From Candidatus Moraniibacteriota bacterium (lineage in GTDB: Bacteria; Patescibacteriota; Minisyncoccia; Moranbacterales; UBA1568): DNA of 64,000 nt. The position numbers and the translations under genes are program-made. Location of the stretch: assembly GCA_049287005.1 (NCBI GenBank), contig JBAQEZ010000002.1, positions 19,268 through 83,267 of the forward strand, in the 5' to 3' direction. Below, in pieces: positions 46,480-55,441 of the stretch. The notes beneath the pieces were generated by a model. That model ran no database searches and had not been told where the DNA came from. It saw only the letters and a list, made by a program, of their open reading frames with translations. Each line of letters starts with the position of its first letter. The stretch's first letter is position 1.

Positions 46480-46529
46480 AAGAAGCATCCCTCTGCAAAG
46501 CGGGACTTCACAGGGTGTATGATTAAGCC

Positions 46530-47051
46530 ATGAAAAAACGAGTGATCATTGTAATCGGTATCGTCTGTGTCGGCCTCATCGGTATGGTCGGTTTTGCAGT
46601 TTTTAAGAGGCAGTCGCCGGAGCCGGTCGGGTGCACGATGGAGGCGAAGCTCTGCCCGGATGGGTCGGCAGTCGGACGGAGCGGGCCGGAGTGCACATTC
46701 GCTCCGTGCCCGAGTGTCCCGATCGCGAACGAAAATATCCGCGTCACGCTGCCTTTGCCCGATGACGTCGTCAAGAGTCCGCTCAAGATACAAGGCGAAG
46801 CGAGAGGTCTATGGTATTTCGAAGGGAGCTTCCCGGTCTCCATTATCGGCGAGAATGGGATGACGCTCGGGCAAGGAATCGCACAGGCCCAAGGGGATTG
46901 GATGACTACGGACTGGGTGCCGTTCGAGGCAACAATTTCTTTTACCGTGCCCGAAACTGCGACTGGAACACTCATCCTGGAAAAGGACAATTCATCCGGT
47001 CTCCCCGAAAACGCTGACGAGCTCCGCGTCCCCGTGCGTTTCGCTCCTTAA
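46530..47051 (+). CDS. membrane-anchored exported protein with a 4-Cys knob motif and Gmad2-like Ig-fold domain
   Basis: TM anchor, then GCTMEAKLCPDGSAVGRSGPECTFAPCP, then a beta-rich domain resembling Gmad2. Confidence 0.45.
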   Translation: MKKRVIIVIGIVCVGLIGMVGFAVFKRQSPEPVGCTMEAKLCPDGSAVGRSGPECTFAPCPSVPIANENIRVTLPLPDDVVKSPLKIQGEARGLWYFEGSFPVSIIGENGMTLGQGIAQAQGDWMTTDWVPFEATISFTVPETATGTLILEKDNSSGLPENADELRVPVRFAP

Positions 47052-47068
47052 CCCGATATCTCGAAGCC

Positions 47069-47395
47069 ATGGAAAAGATGCACATCAACGAACGGGGCGC
47101 GCATACGACGGTCATCGAGGGCGCTCGGGATATCCTGAAGGCTCTCCGGAAGATCGGGGTCGAAACGGCTCCCGGCGTCATCGAAGGGAACGTGAAGGCG
47201 CACGGGAAAAGCGTGAAGTTGAAGCTGCTCAATTCCAAGACGTTCGAGATGGTCGTCGTCGTGAACGGCTCCAAGCAGACGTTCAAGGTCTATGGCAAGG
47301 ATCAGGCCGGTATCGCGGGCATCATGCAGGACATGAAGCAAGATGGTTGGAATGCCCAGGAAACGCTGGACATTTCCCCGGAGCGTGATATCTGA
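47069..47395 (+). CDS. hypothetical protein (108 aa)
   Basis: Intact ORF with protein-like composition. No motif. Confidence 0.35.
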   Translation: MEKMHINERGAHTTVIEGARDILKALRKIGVETAPGVIEGNVKAHGKSVKLKLLNSKTFEMVVVVNGSKQTFKVYGKDQAGIAGIMQDMKQDGWNAQETLDISPERDI

Positions 47396-47422
47396 TCACA
47401 TACATCATTCATCGATAAGCGT

Positions 47423-47503
47423 ATGCTCCTGATAGTCGTCATAGTGGTCGCGGTCCTCATCTTCGGAGCGGCTTTCATCGCGGTCTCCGAGAAGAAAAAA
47501 TGA
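47423..47503 (+). CDS. possible 26-aa hydrophobic micro-protein (MLLIVVIVVAVLIFGAAFIAVSEKKK)
   Basis: ATG…TGA ORF whose stop overlaps (ATGA) the start of the next ORF. A single TM-like segment. Below the size cut-off of the ORF track. Confidence 0.2.
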   Translation: MLLIVVIVVAVLIFGAAFIAVSEKKK

Positions 47504-47547
47504 AGAAAAAAATAAAAAAAATAGAAAAGATGGAAAGGATGGGAAAA

Positions 47548-47808
47548 ATGAAAAAAAATCTGTATGCTCTCTATATGCTCAGATGCGCGGATGGGACCCT
47601 GTATACGGGGATCACGGTCGATGTGCGCAGGCGGATCAGCGAGCATAACTCTTCGTCGCTGGGGGCGAAATATACCCGCGGGCGGCGACCGGTGAAACTG
47701 GTTTTTTCCAAGTTGTTTCGCAATCGCTCCGAGGCATCCGGAGAAGAGGCTCGCATCAAAAAATTGTCTCGCGCAGAGAAGCTCGCCATGATCAAGAAAA
47801 AAATATGA
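47548..47808 (+). CDS. GIY-YIG nuclease family protein, copy 2 (paralog of 46216..46479)
   Basis: LYALYMLRCADGTLYTGITVDVRRRISEHN…: same motifs. About 75-80 % nucleotide identity to copy 1 over about 230 bp. The track ORF starts at 47500 with a Lys-rich leader. Confidence 0.65.
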   Translation: MKKNLYALYMLRCADGTLYTGITVDVRRRISEHNSSSLGAKYTRGRRPVKLVFSKLFRNRSEASGEEARIKKLSRAEKLAMIKKKI

Positions 47809-47815
47809 AAGCATC

Positions 47816-48115
47816 ATGATGGATCGGTTGCCTCCTGTAGTGGTTTTTTTCCTGGCTGCCAATCTCGCGGCGTTTTTGGTTATGCTTTGGGACAAGACGC
47901 GTTCGCGGCAGGCAGGCGCGGAGCGCATCTCGGAGGGGCTGCTCTTTTTCATGGCCACCATGTTTGGGAGCGTCGGGGTCTACGCGGGCATGTTCGCCTT
48001 CCGGCACAAGACGCGCAAGTGGTATTTCCTCATCGGCATCCCCATGCTGATCGTGGAAAATAGCGCTCTCTTGTATCTGGTATACGGTATCCGTAATCTT
48101 TTGCTGTGGGAATAG
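47816..48115 (+). CDS. DUF1294-family small membrane protein
   Basis: …WDKTRSRQAGAERISEGLLFFMATMFGSVGVYAGMFAFRHKTRKWYF… matches the DUF1294 pattern. Confidence 0.6.
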   Translation: MMDRLPPVVVFFLAANLAAFLVMLWDKTRSRQAGAERISEGLLFFMATMFGSVGVYAGMFAFRHKTRKWYFLIGIPMLIVENSALLYLVYGIRNLLLWE

Positions 48116-48198
48116 TTCGGAGATACCAAGAATACGTTTTTTATAAAAAAATCCGGCAGCCCTAGGATCAGGGTTGCCGGTTTTGTCGAGCGCCGCGT

Positions 48199-48993
48199 TC
48201 AGGCGTGCAGCAGTTCATGGCTATTGGTCTTGGCGCGCATCTCTGCATCGACGCGTCTGATGATGATCGTGCAGGAGAGACTGTATTTGCCATTGACCGG
48301 AGGGAGGTCGCTTGCCATTACCACTGAGCCTTCGGGCGCGCGACCATAGGCGATTTCGCGCACAATCTCGTTCTCGTGCGTCCGGTGGTAGAGGAAAATC
48401 GCCTTCGTGAGCCACTGATGTGCGGCCCAACGGTCGGTGTGGTTCTCGCGAGCGCCGGGAAGATCGGAAGCGGTAGCAACGAGCTGTTGTTTTCCAGCAT
48501 CACGGAAATTGCCGGCATCGAGTTGAGTGAGACCCCATTCGAGCACCTCCTGGAACAGCGGATTTTTCGTATCTGGAGATATGCTCGCTCGCTGTTTCCA
48601 GAGTTCGTCGATGAACCCGTTGACAGGCTGGATAGTGATGCTTCCGCCGAGGGTAAGATAGCGGCGTATCAGGTCGATGATAGGATGCTTGCCGGTGCCG
48701 GGCGCATCGTCCCATAGCTCGGCATAGGCACGCTTGATCAGTTCTTCGTGCATCTGGGTAATGCTTCGGAAGATGCAGTGACTCCACCAGTCGAGGAGCA
48801 TAGCCGAGGCATACTGATGGGGTCGTGAACCGACGAACATCGTCTGGGCTGGCTCGGAAAGCGCTTGTCCGGTGATGACAAATCCGAGAGTCATGTCCTC
48901 CGGATTCCGACCAGCATAGCGATTGATACTGATGATGTCCATGTTGGCGGAAAAGTTCCGCGGATCGAATTGCTGGGAGGTAGTGGGGGTCAT
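48199..48993 (-). CDS. hypothetical protein (264 aa)
   Basis: GGAGAT Shine-Dalgarno sequence 7 nt upstream of ATG 48993. No recognisable family motif. Confidence 0.45.
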   Translation of the reverse strand: MTPTTSQQFDPRNFSANMDIISINRYAGRNPEDMTLGFVITGQALSEPAQTMFVGSRPHQYASAMLLDWWSHCIFRSITQMHEELIKRAYAELWDDAPGTGKHPIIDLIRRYLTLGGSITIQPVNGFIDELWKQRASISPDTKNPLFQEVLEWGLTQLDAGNFRDAGKQQLVATASDLPGARENHTDRWAAHQWLTKAIFLYHRTHENEIVREIAYGRAPEGSVVMASDLPPVNGKYSLSCTIIIRRVDAEMRAKTNSHELLHA

Positions 48994-49143
48994 GAGATCT
49001 CCTGGTTGGTAAAGAAGGGCTTCTATCCGGAAAGGACAGAAGCTATATTGTACGTGAGGAAGCGCTTTTGTCAAGAGAAATGACGAGCGGCAGACAACAG
49101 GGTCCTCCTATATCTGGTATACTGGTATCTGTAATCTGTTGCT

Positions 49144-49905
49144 GTGAGCATATCTCGTATGAAGACAACCGATCTGATATTTTTGGATACGGAGACGACA
49201 GGGATGGGACCGGAGGATCGCTTGTGCCAGGTGGCGTATGTGTTCGCCGGAGAAGAATATGAGTCGCTCTTCAAGCCGCCGCTCCCGATTACCATCGATG
49301 CGATGGCAGTGACGCATATCACGAACAAAGCGGTGGCAGACAAGGAATCCTTTGCGGGTTCTGAAATGGAGAAGCATCTCGCGGGGATTTTCGCGGTCGG
49401 CACTGTCTTGGTCGCGCACAATGCGAAGTTCGACGCGGAAATGCTTCGGCGCGAGGGACTCGATATCGGAGAGACTATCGATACGTTCAAGGTGGCGTAT
49501 CATCTGGACACAGCGGGAGTGGTGCCGAAATATGGTCTGCAGTATCTGCGGTATTATCATGATTTGGAAGCGGAAGATGCCTCAGCGCATGACGCGCTGG
49601 GAGATGTCCGGGTGCTGCAGAAACTTTTTGATTTTTATTTCGCGCAGATGCTGGCGGTGTCAGGCGACGAAGAATCGGTTTTACGAGAGATGCTCGAGAT
49701 TTCGGCGCGCCCGGTCTTGTTCAGGAAATTCACTTTTGGAAAATATACCGGAAGAGACGTGAGCGCCGTGGCGCAGGAAGACGCTGACTATCTGAGCTGG
49801 CTCCTCAATCAGAAAATCATGACAAGGGAAAGAGGTGAAGAAGATGATGAAAATTGGATCTACACGCTGGATTACTACTTGAAGCCGAAAGACGCTCCGC
49901 GGTAA
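49144..49905 (+). CDS. DnaQ-like 3'-5' exonuclease (DEDDh; Pol III epsilon-like) with a C-terminal extension of about 90 aa
   Basis: Exo I (FLDTETTG), Exo II (VAHNAKFD), Exo III (HDALGD) motifs. Confidence 0.75.
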   Translation: MSISRMKTTDLIFLDTETTGMGPEDRLCQVAYVFAGEEYESLFKPPLPITIDAMAVTHITNKAVADKESFAGSEMEKHLAGIFAVGTVLVAHNAKFDAEMLRREGLDIGETIDTFKVAYHLDTAGVVPKYGLQYLRYYHDLEAEDASAHDALGDVRVLQKLFDFYFAQMLAVSGDEESVLREMLEISARPVLFRKFTFGKYTGRDVSAVAQEDADYLSWLLNQKIMTRERGEEDDENWIYTLDYYLKPKDAPR

Positions 49906-49975
49906 ATGCTGTGGGTATAAAAAAAGGAAGGGGAGTGGGATGTCCCGCTCGCCCTCCATTGTGGTGGCGCATTGT

Positions 49976-50560
49976 CTATATCGCTGTCATTTTTTTCTTC
50001 GACCGTACGACGGTTTTGACCGGCGGTCTGATGACGATCGTGAGCACCATTTTGGCACGCAGTAGGTCGTCGTCGTCATCCTTGAGAGTGGCGTCGAGAA
50101 AGCGAAAGCCGACGGCCCCTCCGATCAGTCTGCTCCGCGCTAGGCGCTCGTCATCATCCTTGGCTTTGCCGAATATCTTTTCGTATTCGCGCTCGAATGC
50201 AATTTTTTGCGAGCGAGCGAATTTTTTGTCGGTCAGCCGATCGGTATTCGCGATGAGGACGGCCGTCTGTCTTTTCACCATTCGGTCGTATTTTTTCCCT
50301 CCGATGTCTGACATGTATTGGAATGTTTCCAAAAATGCCTGGTAATCAGCCGTTACCATATCGGCTTCCGTCGGCTTCGCGTCTTCGAAGAGGAGCAGAG
50401 TCATATATTGCTGGCGGACACTGTCGTAGAACTCCATGACAGACTGCCATTTGTTGATAGTCTGCTCTGCTCCCCATGCTGATGACGACAGGGTGCCGAA
50501 CAAAAGCAACGAAATGAACAGTGTAGCGGAAACCGCGGTGAGACGCAGACTTTTCGACAT
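49976..50560 (-). CDS. hypothetical secreted protein (signal peptide; charged helical)
   Basis: N-terminal signal peptide (MSKSLRLTAVSATLFISLLLFGTLSSSAWG). Confidence 0.4.
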   Translation of the reverse strand: MSKSLRLTAVSATLFISLLLFGTLSSSAWGAEQTINKWQSVMEFYDSVRQQYMTLLLFEDAKPTEADMVTADYQAFLETFQYMSDIGGKKYDRMVKRQTAVLIANTDRLTDKKFARSQKIAFEREYEKIFGKAKDDDERLARSRLIGGAVGFRFLDATLKDDDDDLLRAKMVLTIVIRPPVKTVVRSKKKMTAI

Positions 50561-50789
50561 GATGATACCTCCAGTTGTTAGTGAACGGCAAGCGGAACCG
50601 GATCGTTCCTTCGTTTGTTTTCCATCGGAATGAAACGCAATCGAAGAAAGAATGACTTTATATTATAGCGGAAAATATGTATTTTGTCAAGAATGAGGGG
50701 GACGAGCAGAGGAGACATTCTTTGTGGCGCTGCCGGGAGCATCTGCCAAGAGAGTGACAGGGGAATGGACAAAATCATTATTATCTGTT

Positions 50790-51257
50790 ATGGTAGCACG
50801 CAAGCAGGGAAGTATTGGTTTGTTTTTTGTGGCGCTCTACAGTGCCGCATCTCATGGAGTGACCACTTATGATAGAGGAGAAATCAACATGGATGTAAGC
50901 GGAGTAGGTGCTGTGCCGACAATCACGGCGTCAGCAGTTCCTGCCACATCGGCGGCAGTGGACTCCGACGGTCTCGATAACTCGACTGGAGGAGATGCGT
51001 CCGACGGAGGGAATCAGCTGCCGGATGCGCCAGGATTCAAGGCTGTATTGGAGGCAGCCAAACTGAAACTGGCTGCCGAAGGCGACCTTATCAGCGCGTT
51101 CAACGACCTGGTCAGCGATTACAACCTACTGATCAAGGACTTCTCGGTACCGTCGGCGAATCCGCTCATGGCTCTCGGACGGTATGCTGCGACAGCATCG
51201 CTTGGCGTGACCGTTACTCTGGCGGTTGTTGGTACGAATATCGACACGACGCAGTGA
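50790..51257 (+). CDS. hypothetical secreted protein (signal peptide, Ser/Ala/Thr/Gly-rich)
   Basis: Start trimmed to the Met preceding the hydrophobic signal (MVARKQGSIGLFFVALYSAAS). Confidence 0.3.
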   Translation: MVARKQGSIGLFFVALYSAASHGVTTYDRGEINMDVSGVGAVPTITASAVPATSAAVDSDGLDNSTGGDASDGGNQLPDAPGFKAVLEAAKLKLAAEGDLISAFNDLVSDYNLLIKDFSVPSANPLMALGRYAATASLGVTVTLAVVGTNIDTTQ

Positions 51258-51301
51258 GGACATACTACCCCTCACGCTCGAGCTTATCACCGAGAGCATC
51301 T

Positions 51302-51340
51302 AGATGCCTACCGTATGAACGTTATACGGAGGCATCTTTT
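51302..51340 (+). terminator. strong rho-independent terminator (GATGCCTACCGTAT-gaacgtt-ATACGGAGGCATC + TTTT)
   Basis: 13-bp stem with one mismatch. Confidence 0.55.
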
Positions 51341-51477
51341 CATTTGTCCAAGAAAGGATGATTTCTGTCATGAGCGATTCAGCGGATATTGATCCGATAT
51401 CACCGATGCGGTATTTATTCACATCCCTATGCGCACCAACCGTGTTATACTGAAAGCGTAACTCGTATCAAATAAAT

Positions 51478-52224
51478 ATGGATACAGGACTCAAAGACAA
51501 AGTTGCGATCGTAACCGGTGCGGGGCAAGGCATCGGCAAGGGAATCGCTTTGGCGCTGGCTCGAGAGGGTTGTCGCGTGGTGGTTTCCGATATGAATGAA
51601 GAATCATGCACCGATACGGCGCATGAGATCGAAGCTCTCGGCGTGAAGGCTCTGCCTGTCCGCTGCGATGTCTCTTCTGCCCAGGCGGTGTCCGCTCTGT
51701 TTGCCCAGACCAAGGAGTATTTCGGCCACCTGGATATTTTGGTCAATAATGCCGGCGTCTATCCGTTCGTACCGTTCGAGTCTCTGGAAGAGTCGGATTG
51801 GGATCACGTGATCGATATCAATCTGAAAGGTGTTTTTCTGTGCTCCAAAGAGGCAGCAAAGATGCTACCGAACGCAGGACGAATCGTCACTGTGTCTTCT
51901 ATCGCTGCATTGGTAGGGTTTGAAGGACTGACCCATTATTGCGCTTCCAAGAGCGGCATCAACGGGTTCACGCGCGCGTTGGCGCTGGAGCTGGCGAAAA
52001 GGGACATTACCGTAAACGTCGTTGCCCCGGGGGCGATCGCCACTCCCGGTGCGTCCGGAGCCATGAGCGAAGAGGCGATGAATCAGACGCTGGCGATGAT
52101 TCCGGCGGCACGCCAAGGCACGCCCGCAGACATCGCCAATGCGGTGGTGTTTCTCGTCTCTGCCGCGTCGAGCTATATTACCGGCCAGGTGATCGTCGTG
52201 GACGGCGGCTGGACGCTCAGATAA
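51478..52224 (+). CDS. short-chain dehydrogenase/reductase (FabG-like 3-oxoacyl-ACP reductase family)
   Basis: TGAGQGIGKG cofactor motif, NNAG, S…YxxxK catalytic triad (YCASK). Confidence 0.8.
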   Translation: MDTGLKDKVAIVTGAGQGIGKGIALALAREGCRVVVSDMNEESCTDTAHEIEALGVKALPVRCDVSSAQAVSALFAQTKEYFGHLDILVNNAGVYPFVPFESLEESDWDHVIDINLKGVFLCSKEAAKMLPNAGRIVTVSSIAALVGFEGLTHYCASKSGINGFTRALALELAKRDITVNVVAPGAIATPGASGAMSEEAMNQTLAMIPAARQGTPADIANAVVFLVSAASSYITGQVIVVDGGWTLR

Positions 52225-52309
52225 GAGAGAGGCAAGCAGCCGATATCTGTCTTGAAAGTTCTTTGCGTCAGGGAAAATCATAAAGTGAAAAAACATAAGG
52301 CTCACTCCA

Positions 52310-52555
52310 TTGGAAATGCTGCTGATCGTCTCCACCGTATTGGAATTCAATCCTTTGTTTCAAGCCGTCAAAAGCATCAGAACGAAAAGCGTCAAAGATG
52401 TCTCTCTCTTCACTTTCCTCTCCATTCTCATCATCGGGTCGCTCTGGCTGTATTATGGCATTACGATTGATAGCATCCCCCTCATCGTGGGCAATACCAT
52501 CAAAGTATTCACTGCCCTCGCTGTCGTGCTGATTTATTTCAGGTATAAGAAATGA
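52310..52555 (+). CDS. SemiSWEET / PQ-loop 3-TM sugar-transporter half-unit (81 aa)
   Basis: Colinear with bacterial SemiSWEETs: …NPLFQAVKSIRTKSVKDVS…LWLYYGI…IPLIVGN…RYKK matches the PQ, TKQTRDIS, WxxYG and YYK motif positions. Confidence 0.7.
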   Translation: MEMLLIVSTVLEFNPLFQAVKSIRTKSVKDVSLFTFLSILIIGSLWLYYGITIDSIPLIVGNTIKVFTALAVVLIYFRYKK

Positions 52556-52583
52556 ATAAGCGGGAAGAAAAAGATATAATAAT

Positions 52584-53777
52584 ATGAATGTTGAACATCC
52601 CAACTTGATTGGCGAACAGCCAGCAGAGTCTTTCCTGGAAGCTCCTCCAGAACATATCCAGAGAATTTTGGATACAGTCAATCTGGAAACAGAAGAGCAA
52701 GAAAAGCCGCGTCTGCATGTTTCCGCGTATGCGGGGGAACAATTTGCAGCGTTAGAAGAAGCGTTCGATGGTTTGACGCCCGAAACGGGGCCGGCGGTGA
52801 TTGCCGTGGTGAGGTGTTGGAATAAAAAAGAAAAAGACCTCCAGGAGTTTTTGGAACGGATCGAGAAATTCAAGCAGCAGATACCGGGTTTGCAGGGCGT
52901 ACTCATGATCATCAATAAGGATGGAGAGAAGGGGAACACCACCGAAGAAAACTTGCAAACCCTTTTGGGCCAGGCGCACGGATCCCTCCCCGTCGTGCCT
53001 CTCCAGGTGGAGCATTATAGCTGGACTGCGGGATTGAACGCCGGCGCATCCGTTCTCAATGAGCTGTGTCTGGAGAAGGGGATCGACCGAAAAAGCCTGC
53101 GCGTGGCGAATATTTCTTTCGACACGGACCTGGACGAGGCAGAGCTGGAAAAATGCAATGCCGCTATTCAGGAAAATGAGTTTGTCATCACGGCTCGCAA
53201 AACATCCGACGGCGCGTCTCCTTTCGTGAAGGGGCATGAGGAGCAAGAACTTTGGAATCGGTTCAAAGAGATGTTGCGCATGCCCAAGGCAGCCAAGCTC
53301 TCTGAGCTAGCCTATACCATGCGCAATACGTTCAATGTGATTGCCCTCGATGATATCATCGCCATGGGCGGGTTCAATCCTCTCTGCAACGGAGAGGCCT
53401 TCACTTCCAACCGTTCCGAGCCCCTTTCGCAGATGAAGCGTCCTGAGGAGGTGGCGATTGCCGGGATGGAGGATATAGAATTTTTTATGCGTCTCATTTT
53501 CCGTGCGCTCCAAAATGACAAGACGAGCACGCTGAAGGAATTGAAGGCGGCTATGGATAATCCTGTATTTTATAGAGATACAGCGTGGGAGAATCTGCAT
53601 GAACTGAAAAAAATAGACAAGATCGGCAATGAAATGGTGGCGCTCTCGCTGATCTTGAGCGAATTGTCAGGGAAGAGGACCATGCCGACCCGTAACGAGG
53701 GAGAAACAAAAACGGTGGGCCTGGTGAAAGATTTCTATGTGCCTCGGATCATGCAGGATTTTGCGCTGCGCAAGTGA
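52584..53777 (+). CDS. hypothetical protein (397 aa)
   Basis: Intact ORF, no recognisable motif. Confidence 0.4.
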   Translation: MNVEHPNLIGEQPAESFLEAPPEHIQRILDTVNLETEEQEKPRLHVSAYAGEQFAALEEAFDGLTPETGPAVIAVVRCWNKKEKDLQEFLERIEKFKQQIPGLQGVLMIINKDGEKGNTTEENLQTLLGQAHGSLPVVPLQVEHYSWTAGLNAGASVLNELCLEKGIDRKSLRVANISFDTDLDEAELEKCNAAIQENEFVITARKTSDGASPFVKGHEEQELWNRFKEMLRMPKAAKLSELAYTMRNTFNVIALDDIIAMGGFNPLCNGEAFTSNRSEPLSQMKRPEEVAIAGMEDIEFFMRLIFRALQNDKTSTLKELKAAMDNPVFYRDTAWENLHELKKIDKIGNEMVALSLILSELSGKRTMPTRNEGETKTVGLVKDFYVPRIMQDFALRK

Positions 53778-53825
53778 GTTTCTCTCAGTGATAGGTACCG
53801 CCTCTAATTCTTTCCCCCCTCCTTT

Positions 53826-54167
53826 ATGAAAATATTCATCGTGATCGTGTTAGTCATCATGGGGCTGACGTTTTTCGTGACTTCCAATACCGGACCGGTG
53901 CCGCTTCATTTCTTCACGCTGACGAGAGAGGTGCCACTCTCGTTTATTCTGGTGTTTCCCATCGGCATCGCGCTCCTCGTTTTCGCGATCTATCACGTGC
54001 GCCAGAGGAGCAAAGCGAACTTCATCATCCGCGATCTGGAGGATAGTCTCGAGAGCGAGCAGGAAAAAGTCTTGGAAATAGTCAAGCGCACGCATGAACT
54101 GGAAATAGAGAACCAGAAGCTCAAAATCCGTTTGGGCGGTACCACGTTTGATGATGACTCCTTATGA
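53826..54167 (+). CDS. LapA-domain-like small membrane protein (2 TM + coiled coil)
   Basis: Two N-terminal TM helices followed by a charged coiled-coil tail (…ELEIENQKLKIRL…). Confidence 0.45.
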   Translation: MKIFIVIVLVIMGLTFFVTSNTGPVPLHFFTLTREVPLSFILVFPIGIALLVFAIYHVRQRSKANFIIRDLEDSLESEQEKVLEIVKRTHELEIENQKLKIRLGGTTFDDDSL

Positions 54168-54685
54168 AAGGACTCCTGATTGCCTTGTGGAAGAAACTCA
54201 ATTTTTCCAAACACCTGCAACTGCGCATCATCCGGATGTTTCAGGATCAGTTCCTCGTCGGCGTGACTGGTCTGATTTTCAATGAAAAAGACGAAGTGCT
54301 GGTGTTCAAGCACACCTACCGGCAGACGGCTTGGAGCTTGCCCGGGGGATATATGAATGGGAAAGAACATCCCAAAGAAGCTCTGATGCGAGAAATCAAG
54401 GAAGAATCTGGGTTTACCGTGAGTATCGATTGGCGGATGAAAGTGCGCACGGACAGGGAAACGGCACGCCTGGATATTTCCTACATCGGCACCTATATCG
54501 GAGGAGCCTTCGTCACTTCACACGAAGTGAGCGAAGCCAAATTCTGCTCGCTCAACAATTTGCCTCCTATCCGCAGGAATCAGCTGTTTCTGATCGAAAG
54601 AGCATTGGAGCAGCGCAAGCGTTTTTTTTCTGACACTACTTATTCGGATGCTCTCTCCGAACAAAAGCATATCGCGTATCTGTGA
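54164..54685 (+). CDS. NUDIX hydrolase
   Basis: Nudix box GGYMNGKEHPKEALMREIKEESGF. Confidence 0.75.
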   Translation: MKGLLIALWKKLNFSKHLQLRIIRMFQDQFLVGVTGLIFNEKDEVLVFKHTYRQTAWSLPGGYMNGKEHPKEALMREIKEESGFTVSIDWRMKVRTDRETARLDISYIGTYIGGAFVTSHEVSEAKFCSLNNLPPIRRNQLFLIERALEQRKRFFSDTTYSDALSEQKHIAYL

Positions 54686-54735
54686 ATAATGAGTGTCCCC
54701 GTGTCTTGAAAAAAAATACGCGGCACTCTTTTGTA

Positions 54736-54764
54736 TTGACAGTTTTTTGCGTGAGGAGTATTAC
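54736..54764 (+). promoter_or_regulatory. candidate promoter TTGACA-17 bp-TATTAC upstream of 54828
   Basis: Exact -35 hexamer. A short hairpin (AGGTC-tgtc-GACCT + TTTTT) lies in the leader. Confidence 0.35.
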
Positions 54765-54827
54765 GAAGACAAGGAGGTCTGTCGACCTTTTTGGTTATTT
54801 CGCAATATCCTATAGGGAGCGGTTCTC

Positions 54828-55328
54828 ATGAACATCAACATCGGATTCGACTTGTCACGCGTCATCATCGCGGGTCAGGTCAAGCGTCAACCGGATTTCG
54901 TCTCGAATGGCAACGTTTTTTTGCCTCGGGCGGTCGATACTCTTTTGGCCATCACGGGTCGGTATGGAGCGGATCATATTTTCATCGTCTCGCATGCCAA
55001 GAGCCAGGATGAAGAAGACCGCATCCGGGAATGGTGCGGGCGACATGGTTTTTACGCTCGTACCGGCATTCTCGCTCAGAATGTTCTCTTGTGCCGGGAA
55101 CGTCTCGAGAAGCGGACCTTCTGTGAGCGGTTTCATTTCGATGTCTTGGTCGATGATCGCCTGGAAATCCTGGGACAGATCGCCGACGTGGTGCCGCAGC
55201 TTTTCCTGTTCCAGGGTCGCAAAAAGGAGATACAGAAGAGGAAGAATCAACCGTACCGGACACTGCTGGACAAACGCATCACGCGTGTCAATTCCTGGGG
55301 CGACCTCGGCAAGTGCTTGCTGTGCTGA
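54828..55328 (+). CDS. hypothetical protein, possibly HAD-like hydrolase
   Basis: Weak HAD-like motifs only (IGFDLS…, …FDVLVDD…). Confidence 0.3.
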   Translation: MNINIGFDLSRVIIAGQVKRQPDFVSNGNVFLPRAVDTLLAITGRYGADHIFIVSHAKSQDEEDRIREWCGRHGFYARTGILAQNVLLCRERLEKRTFCERFHFDVLVDDRLEILGQIADVVPQLFLFQGRKKEIQKRKNQPYRTLLDKRITRVNSWGDLGKCLLC

Positions 55329-55441
55329 GTGTCTGCCCGCATTCATGGTTTTGAGCAAAGACTCAAATCCCCATTCATCTAAGCGTCTGACGAACCGGTC
55401 AGGCGCTATTTTTTATGTGATATACTTTGTGTGTCATGCGT

